From the NCBI GenBank assembly GCA_050486505.1, contig JBJHDK010000032.1, positions 1-26,889 of the forward strand: a DNA stretch of 26,889 bases, in the 5' to 3' direction. Positions within the stretch are counted from its first letter, which is position 1, and each line of letters starts with the position of its first letter. This stretch comes from Fibrobacteria bacterium (lineage in GTDB: Bacteria > Fibrobacterota > Fibrobacteria > UBA11236). A model generated the notes under the pieces. The model saw only the letters and a list, made by a program, of their open reading frames with translations. It had not been told where the DNA came from and made no database searches. The translations under genes were made by a program, and so were the position numbers. Below are positions 8,227 through 16,957 of this stretch, piece by piece.

Positions 8227-9131
8227 GCCGCACCCCCCTTGCCTTTTCCTGACCTTCCTGACTTGGCGGTTTTTGCGGCCTTTTGGGCAGATTCGGCCGC
8301 CGTCAGGGGGAAAAGGTTGAGATTGAGCTGAAAAACGCGATCCGCCTCGTCGTCGAGCCGGGCCAATTCGAGCAACTCCGATTTGAGCGCACGGATCTTG
8401 CGCTTGAAGAGATCAAGCGTTTTCGCCGAAATGCTGAACGTGGTGGACGACATCAGCCGTTCTTCGCTGGTAAAGCGCCCGAATGCCTCCGACGCCAGCA
8501 ACAGCATGCGAAGCTGGAAATCGGAAACATCCTTGGCACTGACCTGACCGTCGGTTGTCAAGACCGGGTCAGTCGCATGCCAGATCCCTTGGGCGTCTTT
8601 GCGAACAAGGCCGAGGCGCAGCAGCAGGGCCACCGAGTCGCGCGCCTGCTTCGCGGTGATTTGCGGAACCATCCGCGCCGCGAGGTCATCGTAATCACCG
8701 TCGAAGCGAATGCACCCAAGCATCTCGCGCACGGCGCTGTGATACCATTCGGAATAGAACGCGTATTGGTCCTGACGCACGCGGCGCGTGTCGAACAGTC
8801 CCTTCAGCTTGGTCAGGCGCTCGAAGTAGAAGTTCTTCTCGCGAAGCGTTTTCGCCTGGTTGAAGAACACCAGGTTCTCGAAATACTCGGCGTCCCTGTC
8901 CTTCAGTTTCAAGGCCATGCAGGTCTTGAGCAGGGAGCCCTTGGTCAGGTTGCGCTTGCCCTCGATGACGTACTTGAAGTAAGCCGAAGAGTTGACGCCC
9001 GCGCGCTGGGACAAATAACGGAACGAGAAGTCCGGGTTGGCGGCCTTGTTGATTTCGTAATAATCCCGCAAGTACTGACGGTAATCGGAATACGTCAGCA
9101 GGTTGGGGAATGTCACCGAGCCTGAGTCCAC
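8223..9131 (-). CDS. TIGR02147 / DUF4423 family protein (Fibrobacter-type paralogous family, N-terminal HTH-like region)
   Basis: Y-DYR-YLRDYY, FSFRYL..AG..S, GKRNL, YFENLVFFNQAK, FYSEWYHSAVRE, R--S--TFSIS, VFQLNLNLFP. Start uncertain (GTG at 9131 or 9116). Confidence 0.9.
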   Translation of the reverse strand: MDSGSVTFPNLLTYSDYRQYLRDYYEINKAANPDFSFRYLSQRAGVNSSAYFKYVIEGKRNLTKGSLLKTCMALKLKDRDAEYFENLVFFNQAKTLREKNFYFERLTKLKGLFDTRRVRQDQYAFYSEWYHSAVREMLGCIRFDGDYDDLAARMVPQITAKQARDSVALLLRLGLVRKDAQGIWHATDPVLTTDGQVSAKDVSDFQLRMLLLASEAFGRFTSEERLMSSTTFSISAKTLDLFKRKIRALKSELLELARLDDEADRVFQLNLNLFPLTAAESAQKAAKTAKSGRSGKGKGGAA

Positions 9132-9202
9132 CGGCTATCGTCCTTTCGTGCCGCGAAACGCGGTCCCGGATCTTGCGTCCTTGCCTGAAAACATGCGCGA
9201 AA

Positions 9203-10141
9203 TCAGATGCTGATGTGGAAGACTTCGCGGCAACGCCGATCCCACGTGCACAAATCGACAAGGTAGAATCCGGGGTTGAGGCCGGTCGCATCCCATTCGA
9301 TGTTGCGGCTGGAGCCATCAAAGGTGCCGCAAACCTTGCCGGAAACGTCGGAAATCCGCAGCTGCGCGCCCGTCTGGAAACGATTCGGGGGCAACACGAA
9401 ACGCAATTTGCGGCCATCGCGCAGAATCATCGCGGCAAAGCTGCGCAATCCGTCCAATTCCTCCGTCCCCGCACGATCGACAAGGTCGAGATCGGGAAGA
9501 ATGACGTTGAAGGCGCCCTTCAGCGAACCATCGACCTGCGCGTCGAGCGGAATGATGCACGACGTCGCGGCCTGGCTTCCGGTCCACTCGTCGTCGTGCA
9601 ACGGGCCGGAGCCGTGGAAGTAGAGGCGCGTGACCAATTCCACCTGCTTGTCTTCTCCCCGCGGCAGCGTGAGACGGTAATGAACATGAGGCGCGCTCAC
9701 GCAACCCCGCGATCCAGGATAATGCCCCGGCTTGATCGTCGAGAAAGAGTATTCACCCCTCTCACCGGTCTTGATCACCTGGCGGTGGGACATGCGCAGG
9801 GGGTTTCCAGGATGCACGCCGTGCTCAAGGCCGGGAGCGTACCGCCCTGTCACGTCTGCATGCCAGATCTCGATGGTGGCCCGGCTGACGGGACGGGAAG
9901 GGTCGAGAATTTTGCCGGAAAGGTGCAAGGGCGTTTCGGGTTCCCACGTTTCGGCGACGGGTTCGCGCTGCGACCAGTTGTTCACCGAGGCGCGCGATGC
10001 GCCGGTCGCGGCATTCGCACGCAGTTCGCGTTGAAGGGCCATCGCGGAGAAGAAGGACGCGGGGCCGTCGAAGCTCTCGACGCCTCCCATGCGAAGGGCG
10101 TAGCTCGAGCGTTCCAAGGGGTACGGAAGAGGGAATGTCAT
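9203..10141 (-). CDS. Intradiol ring-cleavage dioxygenase-like protein with C-terminal sorting-like domain
   Basis: PLHLSGKIL, IEIWHAD-TGRY, YSFSTIKPGHY, HVH and TRLYF motifs. Tail LRISDVSGK...WD--GL-PGFYLV. Confidence 0.75.
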   Translation of the reverse strand: MTFPLPYPLERSSYALRMGGVESFDGPASFFSAMALQRELRANAATGASRASVNNWSQREPVAETWEPETPLHLSGKILDPSRPVSRATIEIWHADVTGRYAPGLEHGVHPGNPLRMSHRQVIKTGERGEYSFSTIKPGHYPGSRGCVSAPHVHYRLTLPRGEDKQVELVTRLYFHGSGPLHDDEWTGSQAATSCIIPLDAQVDGSLKGAFNVILPDLDLVDRAGTEELDGLRSFAAMILRDGRKLRFVLPPNRFQTGAQLRISDVSGKVCGTFDGSSRNIEWDATGLNPGFYLVDLCTWDRRCREVFHISI

Positions 10142-10318
10142 GACGAGAGAAAATAGGGGAAATCAACGGCTTATAGTGAACGAAGATTACACTTTCCGTT
10201 GCCATTTGTGAACGCTAAAACGCGAAAATTTGCTCAAATTGCGGGTTTGCCCCCCACGACTGGCCTGGTGAAGTTTTGTGAACGGCTGTTTTGGGGCGTT
10301 TTCCCGTTCACAAACCGT

Positions 10319-11341
10319 TCAGGGAAAGAAAAACCCTTGCGCCGGGGCAGGGACCTTGAACGCAAGATCACCGGCCATCTTTTCCGTCAACGCTCCGGGT
10401 TCATCCCGGTAATCATCGGCAAGCTGGAACGTTCCGAAGTGCATGCCCACCGCCTTCTTCGCACCGAGATCCTGAAACGCCCGCACCGCATCTTCAGGAT
10501 CCATGTGGTAGTACCGCATGAACCAGCGCGGCTGGAAAGCGCCGATCGGCAACAAGGCAAGGTCTGGGCTCCCCCAGCGCTCCGCGATCATGTTGAAGTG
10601 GGGACCGTACCCCGTGTCGCCTCCGTGATACACCGTCGTCCCGTCGGGACCCGTGATGCCGAAGCTCCCCCACAAACTCTTGCGGCGATCGCGCAGGCCG
10701 CGGGCCGACCAGTGCTGCGCCGGAAGAAACGTCACCGTCAAACCATCCACCTCGATCGACTCCCACCAATCCATTTCGTGCACACGGCGCACCCCCGCCG
10801 ACTCCAGAAGGGCCTTGTCTCCGAGAGGCACGAGGATCAACGGGTCGTCGCGTTCCGACAACGCGACCAGCGTCGGAAGGTCGAGATGATCGTAATGGTT
10901 GTGTGACACAACAACCACGTCCACCTTCGGGAGGCTATCGAACGGAACGCCCGGTGCATGCACGCGACGCGGCCCCACGAATCCGAAGGGAGACGCGCGC
11001 TCAGACCAAATCGGGTCCGTCAGCACGGTGGTCGCCCCGCTTTCTCCCGCAAAGCGCAGTACGAACGTGGAGTGGTTCACGAAGGTCGCGGCCACGCCGC
11101 GTCCGTCGCGCGGCTCATGCGCTTTGCCGATGTCGCTTTCGATCCAGGCGGGCCACGCCGGGCGACCGCCCTGCATCCGCCACCGGATCACGTCGCCGAG
11201 CGTCTTGTCCTCAACGGGCTCCCAGGGATTGAAGAACCGGTCGCCGTCGAAATGTTCGGAGACGGGGTAACGACCCGAGGCGTACACCACCCAGAACGAG
11301 AGCAGAACAGTGGTTGCCAGAATGCGGACTTTGCGTTTCAT
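10319..11341 (-). CDS. MBL-fold metallo-hydrolase (NAPE-PLD/RomA-like)
   Basis: HFDG-RFFNP, TDPIWSERASP, SHNHYDHLD, PAQHWSAR, GDTGY, LPIGA, HMDP, MHFGTF. N-terminal signal/anchor from ATG at 11341. Confidence 0.92.
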   Translation of the reverse strand: MKRKVRILATTVLLSFWVVYASGRYPVSEHFDGDRFFNPWEPVEDKTLGDVIRWRMQGGRPAWPAWIESDIGKAHEPRDGRGVAATFVNHSTFVLRFAGESGATTVLTDPIWSERASPFGFVGPRRVHAPGVPFDSLPKVDVVVVSHNHYDHLDLPTLVALSERDDPLILVPLGDKALLESAGVRRVHEMDWWESIEVDGLTVTFLPAQHWSARGLRDRRKSLWGSFGITGPDGTTVYHGGDTGYGPHFNMIAERWGSPDLALLPIGAFQPRWFMRYYHMDPEDAVRAFQDLGAKKAVGMHFGTFQLADDYRDEPGALTEKMAGDLAFKVPAPAQGFFFP

Positions 11342-11487
11342 GGAGAGCAATCTACACGGCACGGAACCCCGGGAGGTTGCAGCGACGTAACCGCCGCCCC
11401 GACAGTGCCAGGTCCCGGCTCCACCCCCCCAAGACTCGTTCCACCAACAAGGGCGCACAGACCCCCTTGTTCTCTCTTCCCCTTTCC

Positions 11488-11512
11488 CACTGTTCACTGT
11501 TCACTGTTCACT
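11488..11512 (+). repeat. Heptamer tandem repeat (CACTGTT)x3.5
   Basis: CACTGTT-CACTGTT-CACTGTT-CACT in the divergent MBL/ABC intergenic region. Confidence 0.85.
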
Positions 11513-11533
11513 TCCCATGCTACCCTTCCCCCC

Positions 11534-13120
11534 ATGCAGCTCGCCCCCCTTCACCGCTTCGGCATCCCCGCCCTCGCGCTCGGCCAGGGCCTTTCGGAAA
11601 TCGGCTTCGTGCTCGCGGTGCGCGCCGGCTTCCGGCACGGCGATTCCTTGCCGCTGCTGGCCGCGATCCTGCTGTGCGTCGCGCTCCGTTACCTGTTCCA
11701 GGATCGCGGTGCCGTGCTCGAGGCCGACGCCCTGCGCGCCACTGTTTCCCGGCTGCGCGCGAGGTTGATCGACGCAGTGCGCACCCACGCAGTGCCAGCG
11801 TACCGCCCCGACCAGCGACGCGCCTTCGAACGCGCCCTGCAGGAACACGTCCCCGCCGCCGCGGAAGGCCTGCTCTCACGGAGGCGCTTCGTCGGCGCGC
11901 TCTTGCAATGCGCCGTCTTTCTCCCCGTCCTGTTGCTGATCTCCGCGCGCATGGCCGCGCTGGGCCTCGTCTTCGCGGCCTTGCTGTGGCCGGTGCTGCG
12001 CTGGCGAAACCGCTCACTCCGCGGCCTCGAGTCCGCGGGCGAAACCGGCCGGCGCCTGGCGAAGGACGCGCGGGAGGACGTGGGGGCCTCGCTGGAAGCG
12101 CTTCCCGGGAAAGGGCTCGACGACGCCCTGCGCCGACTCGAACGGACATTGGCCGAAGCCCATCTCCCCGAATGGAAATGGAAGTCGGCGCAGGCGCGTT
12201 ACCCCGCCCTCATCGAGACCGGCCTGTTCTTCGTGCTCGCGGCGCTCCTGCTCGCGGGCACCTTCACCTTGCCTGACTGGGGTTCGTTCCTCGTTTTCGC
12301 GCTGGTGCTTTTGCTCGCCTACCGCCCCGTGCGCGAGGCTGCCCGCCACTGGCCCGCGAGCGTCGCCGGCGCACGCGCGCTGCATGACGTCGAGTCGCTG
12401 GCCGAAGCGTGGGAGGCCCTGCCCGCCCGCCGGATCCCCGGCGCGCACCCCGATGGAAACACGCTTGCGGTGCGCGACGTCTCCTTCGCTTACGAGGCCG
12501 GAAATACTGTCTTGCGGAACGTCACGGCGGAATTCCCCGCGCAGGGCGTCACCGGAATCACGGGCCCGAACGGGGCGGGGAAGACCACCTTGCTGCGACT
12601 GCTCGCGGGGGCGGAAACCCCCGATGCGGGAACCGTGCTCTGGCCCGCCGCCGCGCGATCGCGCGGGATCGCATACCTGCCGCAGCGCGTGCACCCCGGC
12701 TCCGACTGGGCCGACTGGGCCAAGCATCTCGCATCGAACCAGCCGGAACTCTGGGGCGAACTGGACTCGCTGCTGGGATTGACCGCTCTGCGAGGCAAGG
12801 CCGCGCACCCTGAAGCGTTGTCGGGCGGGGAGCGTCAGCGCATGGCTCTCGCGCGCACCCTCGCATCCGACGCAGCGTTCCTGTTGCTCGACGAGCCGAC
12901 GACCGCCCTGCCCGGCGACGCGCGCGAACGCATTCTCCGCGGCGCGCTCGACCTCTGGATGAATCCGCCCACTCCCCCTTCGGGGGCCGGGGGGGAAAAG
13001 AAGCGCGGCGCCATCGTCGTCTCGCACGAACCGTTCCTCGAAAACCTCTGTGACCGCACCCTGCGCATCAACGCCGCCGGAATCCCGATCGCCCCCCTCA
13101 TTCCCCACACACCGCACTGA
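11534..13120 (+). CDS. ABC exporter half-transporter (TMD + NBD), divergent MsbA/CydCD-like
   Basis: Hydrophobic N-terminal helices; Walker A GPNGAGKTT; LSGGERQR; LLLDEPT; SH. Start taken at ATG 11534. Confidence 0.85.
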   Translation: MQLAPLHRFGIPALALGQGLSEIGFVLAVRAGFRHGDSLPLLAAILLCVALRYLFQDRGAVLEADALRATVSRLRARLIDAVRTHAVPAYRPDQRRAFERALQEHVPAAAEGLLSRRRFVGALLQCAVFLPVLLLISARMAALGLVFAALLWPVLRWRNRSLRGLESAGETGRRLAKDAREDVGASLEALPGKGLDDALRRLERTLAEAHLPEWKWKSAQARYPALIETGLFFVLAALLLAGTFTLPDWGSFLVFALVLLLAYRPVREAARHWPASVAGARALHDVESLAEAWEALPARRIPGAHPDGNTLAVRDVSFAYEAGNTVLRNVTAEFPAQGVTGITGPNGAGKTTLLRLLAGAETPDAGTVLWPAAARSRGIAYLPQRVHPGSDWADWAKHLASNQPELWGELDSLLGLTALRGKAAHPEALSGGERQRMALARTLASDAAFLLLDEPTTALPGDARERILRGALDLWMNPPTPPSGAGGEKKRGAIVVSHEPFLENLCDRTLRINAAGIPIAPLIPHTPH

Positions 13121-13171
13121 CAGGTAACGCCTCCCCCTTTTCTCGTTTCTCCTTTTATTCCCCATTCTCCC

Positions 13172-13783
13172 ATGCCTCACTCCCTCTCCCTCTACTTCGC
13201 CGCGCGCGGCTGGATCCTCGCCGCATTCCTAGTCATTCTCGTCTGGGCGCGCGCGCAAAGCGACGCGCCGCTCCTGTGGGCCTGGCTCATGCTCGTCGCG
13301 CTCGGAATCGCGCTGCGACTGTGGGCCGGCGCGCACCTGGGAACACACGGGAACGCGTCGCGCCCCGTGGCTCCGGCGGCGCTTGCCACCACCGGCCCCT
13401 ATCGCTTTTCGCGCAACCCGCTCTACCTCTCCAACATGCTGACGGGGATCGGCCTGGTGCTCTTCGCGAACGCGCTCTCGATGCAGGGAATGACCGCCCT
13501 GCTGCTCGCGCTTTACTTCCACCACTTCATCCTCGTGAGCTGGGAGGAGGCGCACCTGCGCAAGCTCTTCGGCGCCGACTTCGAGGCCTACGTGATCGCC
13601 GTACCCGCGTGGATCGGCATCCCGCTGCGCGACAAAGACCTCCCTGTGCGCAAGGAGGGCCCTGGCGGGGAAGAAATCCGGCCGCGCGCAGAAGGCGACT
13701 TCGCCGTGGCGCTCGCGCGCCAGGGACGCAACATTCTCTATACCCTCGGAGCCATCGCCGTCCTTTGGTTCGCGGCGCAATGA
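13172..13783 (+). CDS. ICMT/PEMT-family membrane methyltransferase
   Basis: LRLWA, TGPYRFSRNPLYL, EE-HL---FG--FE-Y---VP. Confidence 0.88.
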   Translation: MPHSLSLYFAARGWILAAFLVILVWARAQSDAPLLWAWLMLVALGIALRLWAGAHLGTHGNASRPVAPAALATTGPYRFSRNPLYLSNMLTGIGLVLFANALSMQGMTALLLALYFHHFILVSWEEAHLRKLFGADFEAYVIAVPAWIGIPLRDKDLPVRKEGPGGEEIRPRAEGDFAVALARQGRNILYTLGAIAVLWFAAQ

Positions 13784-15120
13784 ACGACGACGGGGAACAA
13801 CCCGGACGCAACGTCTCCGGGTTTCTGTGGCTGCGGCTGTACGACGCCGCGTGGGAACCCCTGTTGTGGTGCCTGCGCGCGGCAGCCTGGTTCGAGCGCC
13901 GCGCAGGCTTCGCGTTGCTGCCTGCGAGCTGGAAGCTTCCGGAGCGCCTCGCGCGCCCCTCCCCCATTCCCATTCCCCCTTCGGGGGAGAGGGGAGGCGC
14001 GGTGTGGATGCACGCGGCATCACTGGGGGAGAGCAAGGGCATGTGGGCGCTCGCGCGGACGCTCGCCGACTTGCCTGTCCGCTTCGTCCTCACCGTCAAC
14101 ACCGTCGCCGCGCTGGAGTTTCTGCAAGCGCGCGTGCGGGAGCGCAAGGATCAAGAGCGCTGGCACGTGCGTCTCGCGCCGCCCGACCATTCGCGCATCG
14201 TGAAGCGCTTCGTGGACATGCTCGACATCCGCGCGCTGATCCTCTTCGAGGTCGAGTTGTGGCCGAACTGGATGGCGGGGGTGCGCTCTGCGGGCGGCGC
14301 GGTGTTCTGGGTTTCGGCGCGGGTGAACGCGCGCGCGCGAAATCGCATCGGCTGGTTTCCGGGAGTGTTTCGCGCGATGATGGAGCAGGTGGATTGGGCG
14401 CAGGCGCAAATGGAAGACGACGCGGAACTTCTCCGGGAATGGGGTTGCGCGCGCGCGGAAGCAGGGGGCGACCTGCGCGGCCTGCACTCCCTCGAAGGCA
14501 TGGCCGCGACGCAGGACGGGCGGGAACGTTCCGACAGGGTTGCCTGGAAAGAGCGCAGGGGCGCCGCCTTCGTGTCGATCCATGCCGACGAGCTGCCCGC
14601 CCTGCTCCCCTTTCTCGCGGATGCCCGCAACGAGGACCCCGTGATCGTCTTTCCGCGAAAACCGGAAGAGTTGCCGGCGTTCCGCAAGGCGCTCGAGCCC
14701 GCGGGGTTCGTGCTGCATTCCGTGCGGCCGCACGCGACACGATCGCTGGTCGATTCCTTCGGCCTGGTGGACGCCGCGCTCGCGCGCGGCCGCATCGCGG
14801 TGATCGGGGGCAGCTTCGCGCCGCACGGCGGGCACAACCTGTGGGAGCCGCTGGCGGCGGGAGTCTGGATGGTGACGGGCCCGCACCACGACAACCAGAA
14901 GGCGCTCGCCACGCGGCTGCAGGATGCCGGGCTGCTGCGCATCTCCGCGCGACTCGGCGACGGCGACAGCCTGTTCGCGCCCGATGCCGATCCGGGAGAG
15001 GCGTGCGCGAATTTCGCAAGACGGGAGCGCGCGACACTCGCTGTCGCCGCAACGCGCGTCCGGGAAACGCTCGAGGCGCATCTTCGCACCGTGAATCGCA
15101 CTCCCTCCCGATATTCCTGA
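13780..15120 (+). CDS. waaA: 3-deoxy-D-manno-octulosonate (Kdo) transferase
   Basis: WMHAASLGE, E-ELWPN, GGSF--HGGHNLWEP, GP. ATGA overlap with the upstream methyltransferase. Confidence 0.85.
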   Translation: MNDDGEQPGRNVSGFLWLRLYDAAWEPLLWCLRAAAWFERRAGFALLPASWKLPERLARPSPIPIPPSGERGGAVWMHAASLGESKGMWALARTLADLPVRFVLTVNTVAALEFLQARVRERKDQERWHVRLAPPDHSRIVKRFVDMLDIRALILFEVELWPNWMAGVRSAGGAVFWVSARVNARARNRIGWFPGVFRAMMEQVDWAQAQMEDDAELLREWGCARAEAGGDLRGLHSLEGMAATQDGRERSDRVAWKERRGAAFVSIHADELPALLPFLADARNEDPVIVFPRKPEELPAFRKALEPAGFVLHSVRPHATRSLVDSFGLVDAALARGRIAVIGGSFAPHGGHNLWEPLAAGVWMVTGPHHDNQKALATRLQDAGLLRISARLGDGDSLFAPDADPGEACANFARRERATLAVAATRVRETLEAHLRTVNRTPSRYS

Positions 15121-15195
15121 CGCATTCTTCGTGTAATCTGCGGAATCGCGTGGATTCATCGCGTTGCACAAACGTTTTGGCGGTAGATTCATCGC

Positions 15196-15729
15196 ATGTC
15201 TTCGCATGATGCTTCCATTGGATCCGCGGATTCCCGGAGAGCGGGAATCGTCGCGCTGGTTCTGCTGCTCGTGTTCGCGACATCGGGGCCCGCCTCTCCG
15301 AAGGCGACGGTCGGGCGCCAGGCACCGGACTTCACGTTGACGGGCCTGACCTCGGGAGAAGCCGTGACCCTTTCCGACCTTCAGGGAAAGGTGGTGTTCA
15401 TCGACTTCTGGGCGAGCTGGTGCCTGCCCTGCCGGCAGCTGATGCCGCGCATCGCGGAACTCAAGGAACAGTACCCCGAGATCGAGGTCGTGGCCATCAG
15501 CATCGATGCCAGCCGCGACAAGGCGATCACCTTTCTGCGGCAGGTCGAGCCCGGCTTGCGTGCGGTCCACGATCGCCGCCGCCGTGTCGCGGACCTGTAC
15601 CGGGTCGACCGCATGCCCGCCAGCTTCGTGATCGACAAGGCGGGCAAGCTGCGCTTCAGGCACGACGGGTACGGCGCGTCCGATCTCGACGTGGTCGAGC
15701 GCCAGATCCGGCTGCTGCTGGAGGAGTAG
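15196..15729 (+). CDS. TlpA/ResA-family thiol-disulfide oxidoreductase
   Basis: N-terminal anchor; APDFTL; GKVVFIDFWASWCLPC; MP-SFVIDKAG. Confidence 0.93.
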   Translation: MSSHDASIGSADSRRAGIVALVLLLVFATSGPASPKATVGRQAPDFTLTGLTSGEAVTLSDLQGKVVFIDFWASWCLPCRQLMPRIAELKEQYPEIEVVAISIDASRDKAITFLRQVEPGLRAVHDRRRRVADLYRVDRMPASFVIDKAGKLRFRHDGYGASDLDVVERQIRLLLEE

Positions 15730-15756
15730 GGGCGAATCATTATTCGCCCCTACTCC
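15723..15756. repeat. GTAG-type REP palindrome overlapping the TlpA stop codon
   Basis: Perfect 15-bp stem GGAGTAGGGGCGAAT-CATT-ATTCGCCCCTACTCC. Confidence 0.75.
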
Positions 15757-15835
15757 CCCCCGAACCGGCGAAGATGCGGACGCACAACGACCACCCACCG
15801 TCTCCATCTACCGTCCGACACTACCTTTCCCCGTC

Positions 15836-16951
15836 ATGCCCGCAAAGACCCTCGTGTTCACCGGCGGTGGAACCGCCGGCCATGTCATGCCCAACCTCGC
15901 GCTCGCGCCGAAGCTCCGCGAGCACGGCTGGGAATTGCACTATCTCGGGTCCCCGAGCGGTCCCGAGCGCGCACTTGCCGAAGGCGCGGGCATCCCGTTC
16001 CACGGCATCGCCACCGGCAAGCTCCGCCGCTACTTCGACTGGCGCAACTTCACCGATCCCTTCCGCGTGCTGCGAGGTTGTTGGGATGCCTTTTCGATCC
16101 TGGGCAAGCTGAAGCCTGACGTCGTGTTTTCGAAGGGCGGCTTCGTGGCCGTTCCGGTTTCATACGCCGCGGCCCTGCGCAGCATTCCCTTGGTGCTGCA
16201 CGAGTCGGACCTGACCCCGGGCCTCGCGAACCGCATGGCCTTCCCGCTGGCGAGGCGCATCTGCGCCAGCTTCCCCGAAACGATGGAAGCCCTGCCGCAG
16301 GGCAAGTCCGTGCTGACGGGAGCACCCGTGCGCAAGGAGCTGCTGGCCGGCAACCGCGAGGCCGGGCTCGCATGGCTGGGCTTTTCTCCCGATCGGCCGG
16401 TTCTGCTGGTCATGGGCGGCAGCCTCGGAGCCAAGGCCGTGAACGAGGTCGTTCGCGCCGCAGTGGCGCAGGGGATTTTGGGGGGATACCAAGTGGTTCA
16501 TCTCTGCGGCAGGGGGTGGCTCGACCCCTCGCTGGAGGGGCGCGCCGATTATCGCCAGTTCGAGTTTCTCGGCGCCGAACTTGCCGACGTGTTCGCCGCG
16601 GCGGATCTTGCGGTTTCCCGTGCCGGCGCGGGCGCGCTCTTCGAGCTGCTTGCCCTGCGCAAGCCCGCGCTCCTGGTTCCCCTGCCCGGCAAGGCTTCGC
16701 GCGGCGACCAGATCCTGAATGCCGAGTCATTCGCGCGCCGCGGGTTGGCCAGCGTCCTCCCGCAAGAGCGATTGACACCGGAAACCCTCGGCGAAGCGCT
16801 GACAACCCTGGGGCACGAAGCGGGCGCGGTGCGGGAACGCATGGCCGCCAGCGAACTGGCGCACGGTCTCGACAAAGTGCTCGATGCGGTCGAAACCGCA
16901 GCGCGGCCGCGGTCGAGCGCTACCGAAGCGCACCCCAACCTTCTACCTTAA
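15836..16951 (+). CDS. murG: Undecaprenyl-PP-MurNAc-pentapeptide GlcNAc transferase MurG
   Basis: TGGGTAGHV-PN, TGKLRRY, FSKGGFV-VP, HESD--PGLAN, GGSLGA, SRAGA, RGDQI-NA. Confidence 0.96.
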   Translation: MPAKTLVFTGGGTAGHVMPNLALAPKLREHGWELHYLGSPSGPERALAEGAGIPFHGIATGKLRRYFDWRNFTDPFRVLRGCWDAFSILGKLKPDVVFSKGGFVAVPVSYAAALRSIPLVLHESDLTPGLANRMAFPLARRICASFPETMEALPQGKSVLTGAPVRKELLAGNREAGLAWLGFSPDRPVLLVMGGSLGAKAVNEVVRAAVAQGILGGYQVVHLCGRGWLDPSLEGRADYRQFEFLGAELADVFAAADLAVSRAGAGALFELLALRKPALLVPLPGKASRGDQILNAESFARRGLASVLPQERLTPETLGEALTTLGHEAGAVRERMAASELAHGLDKVLDAVETAARPRSSATEAHPNLLP

Positions 16952-16957
16952 GCCCCC

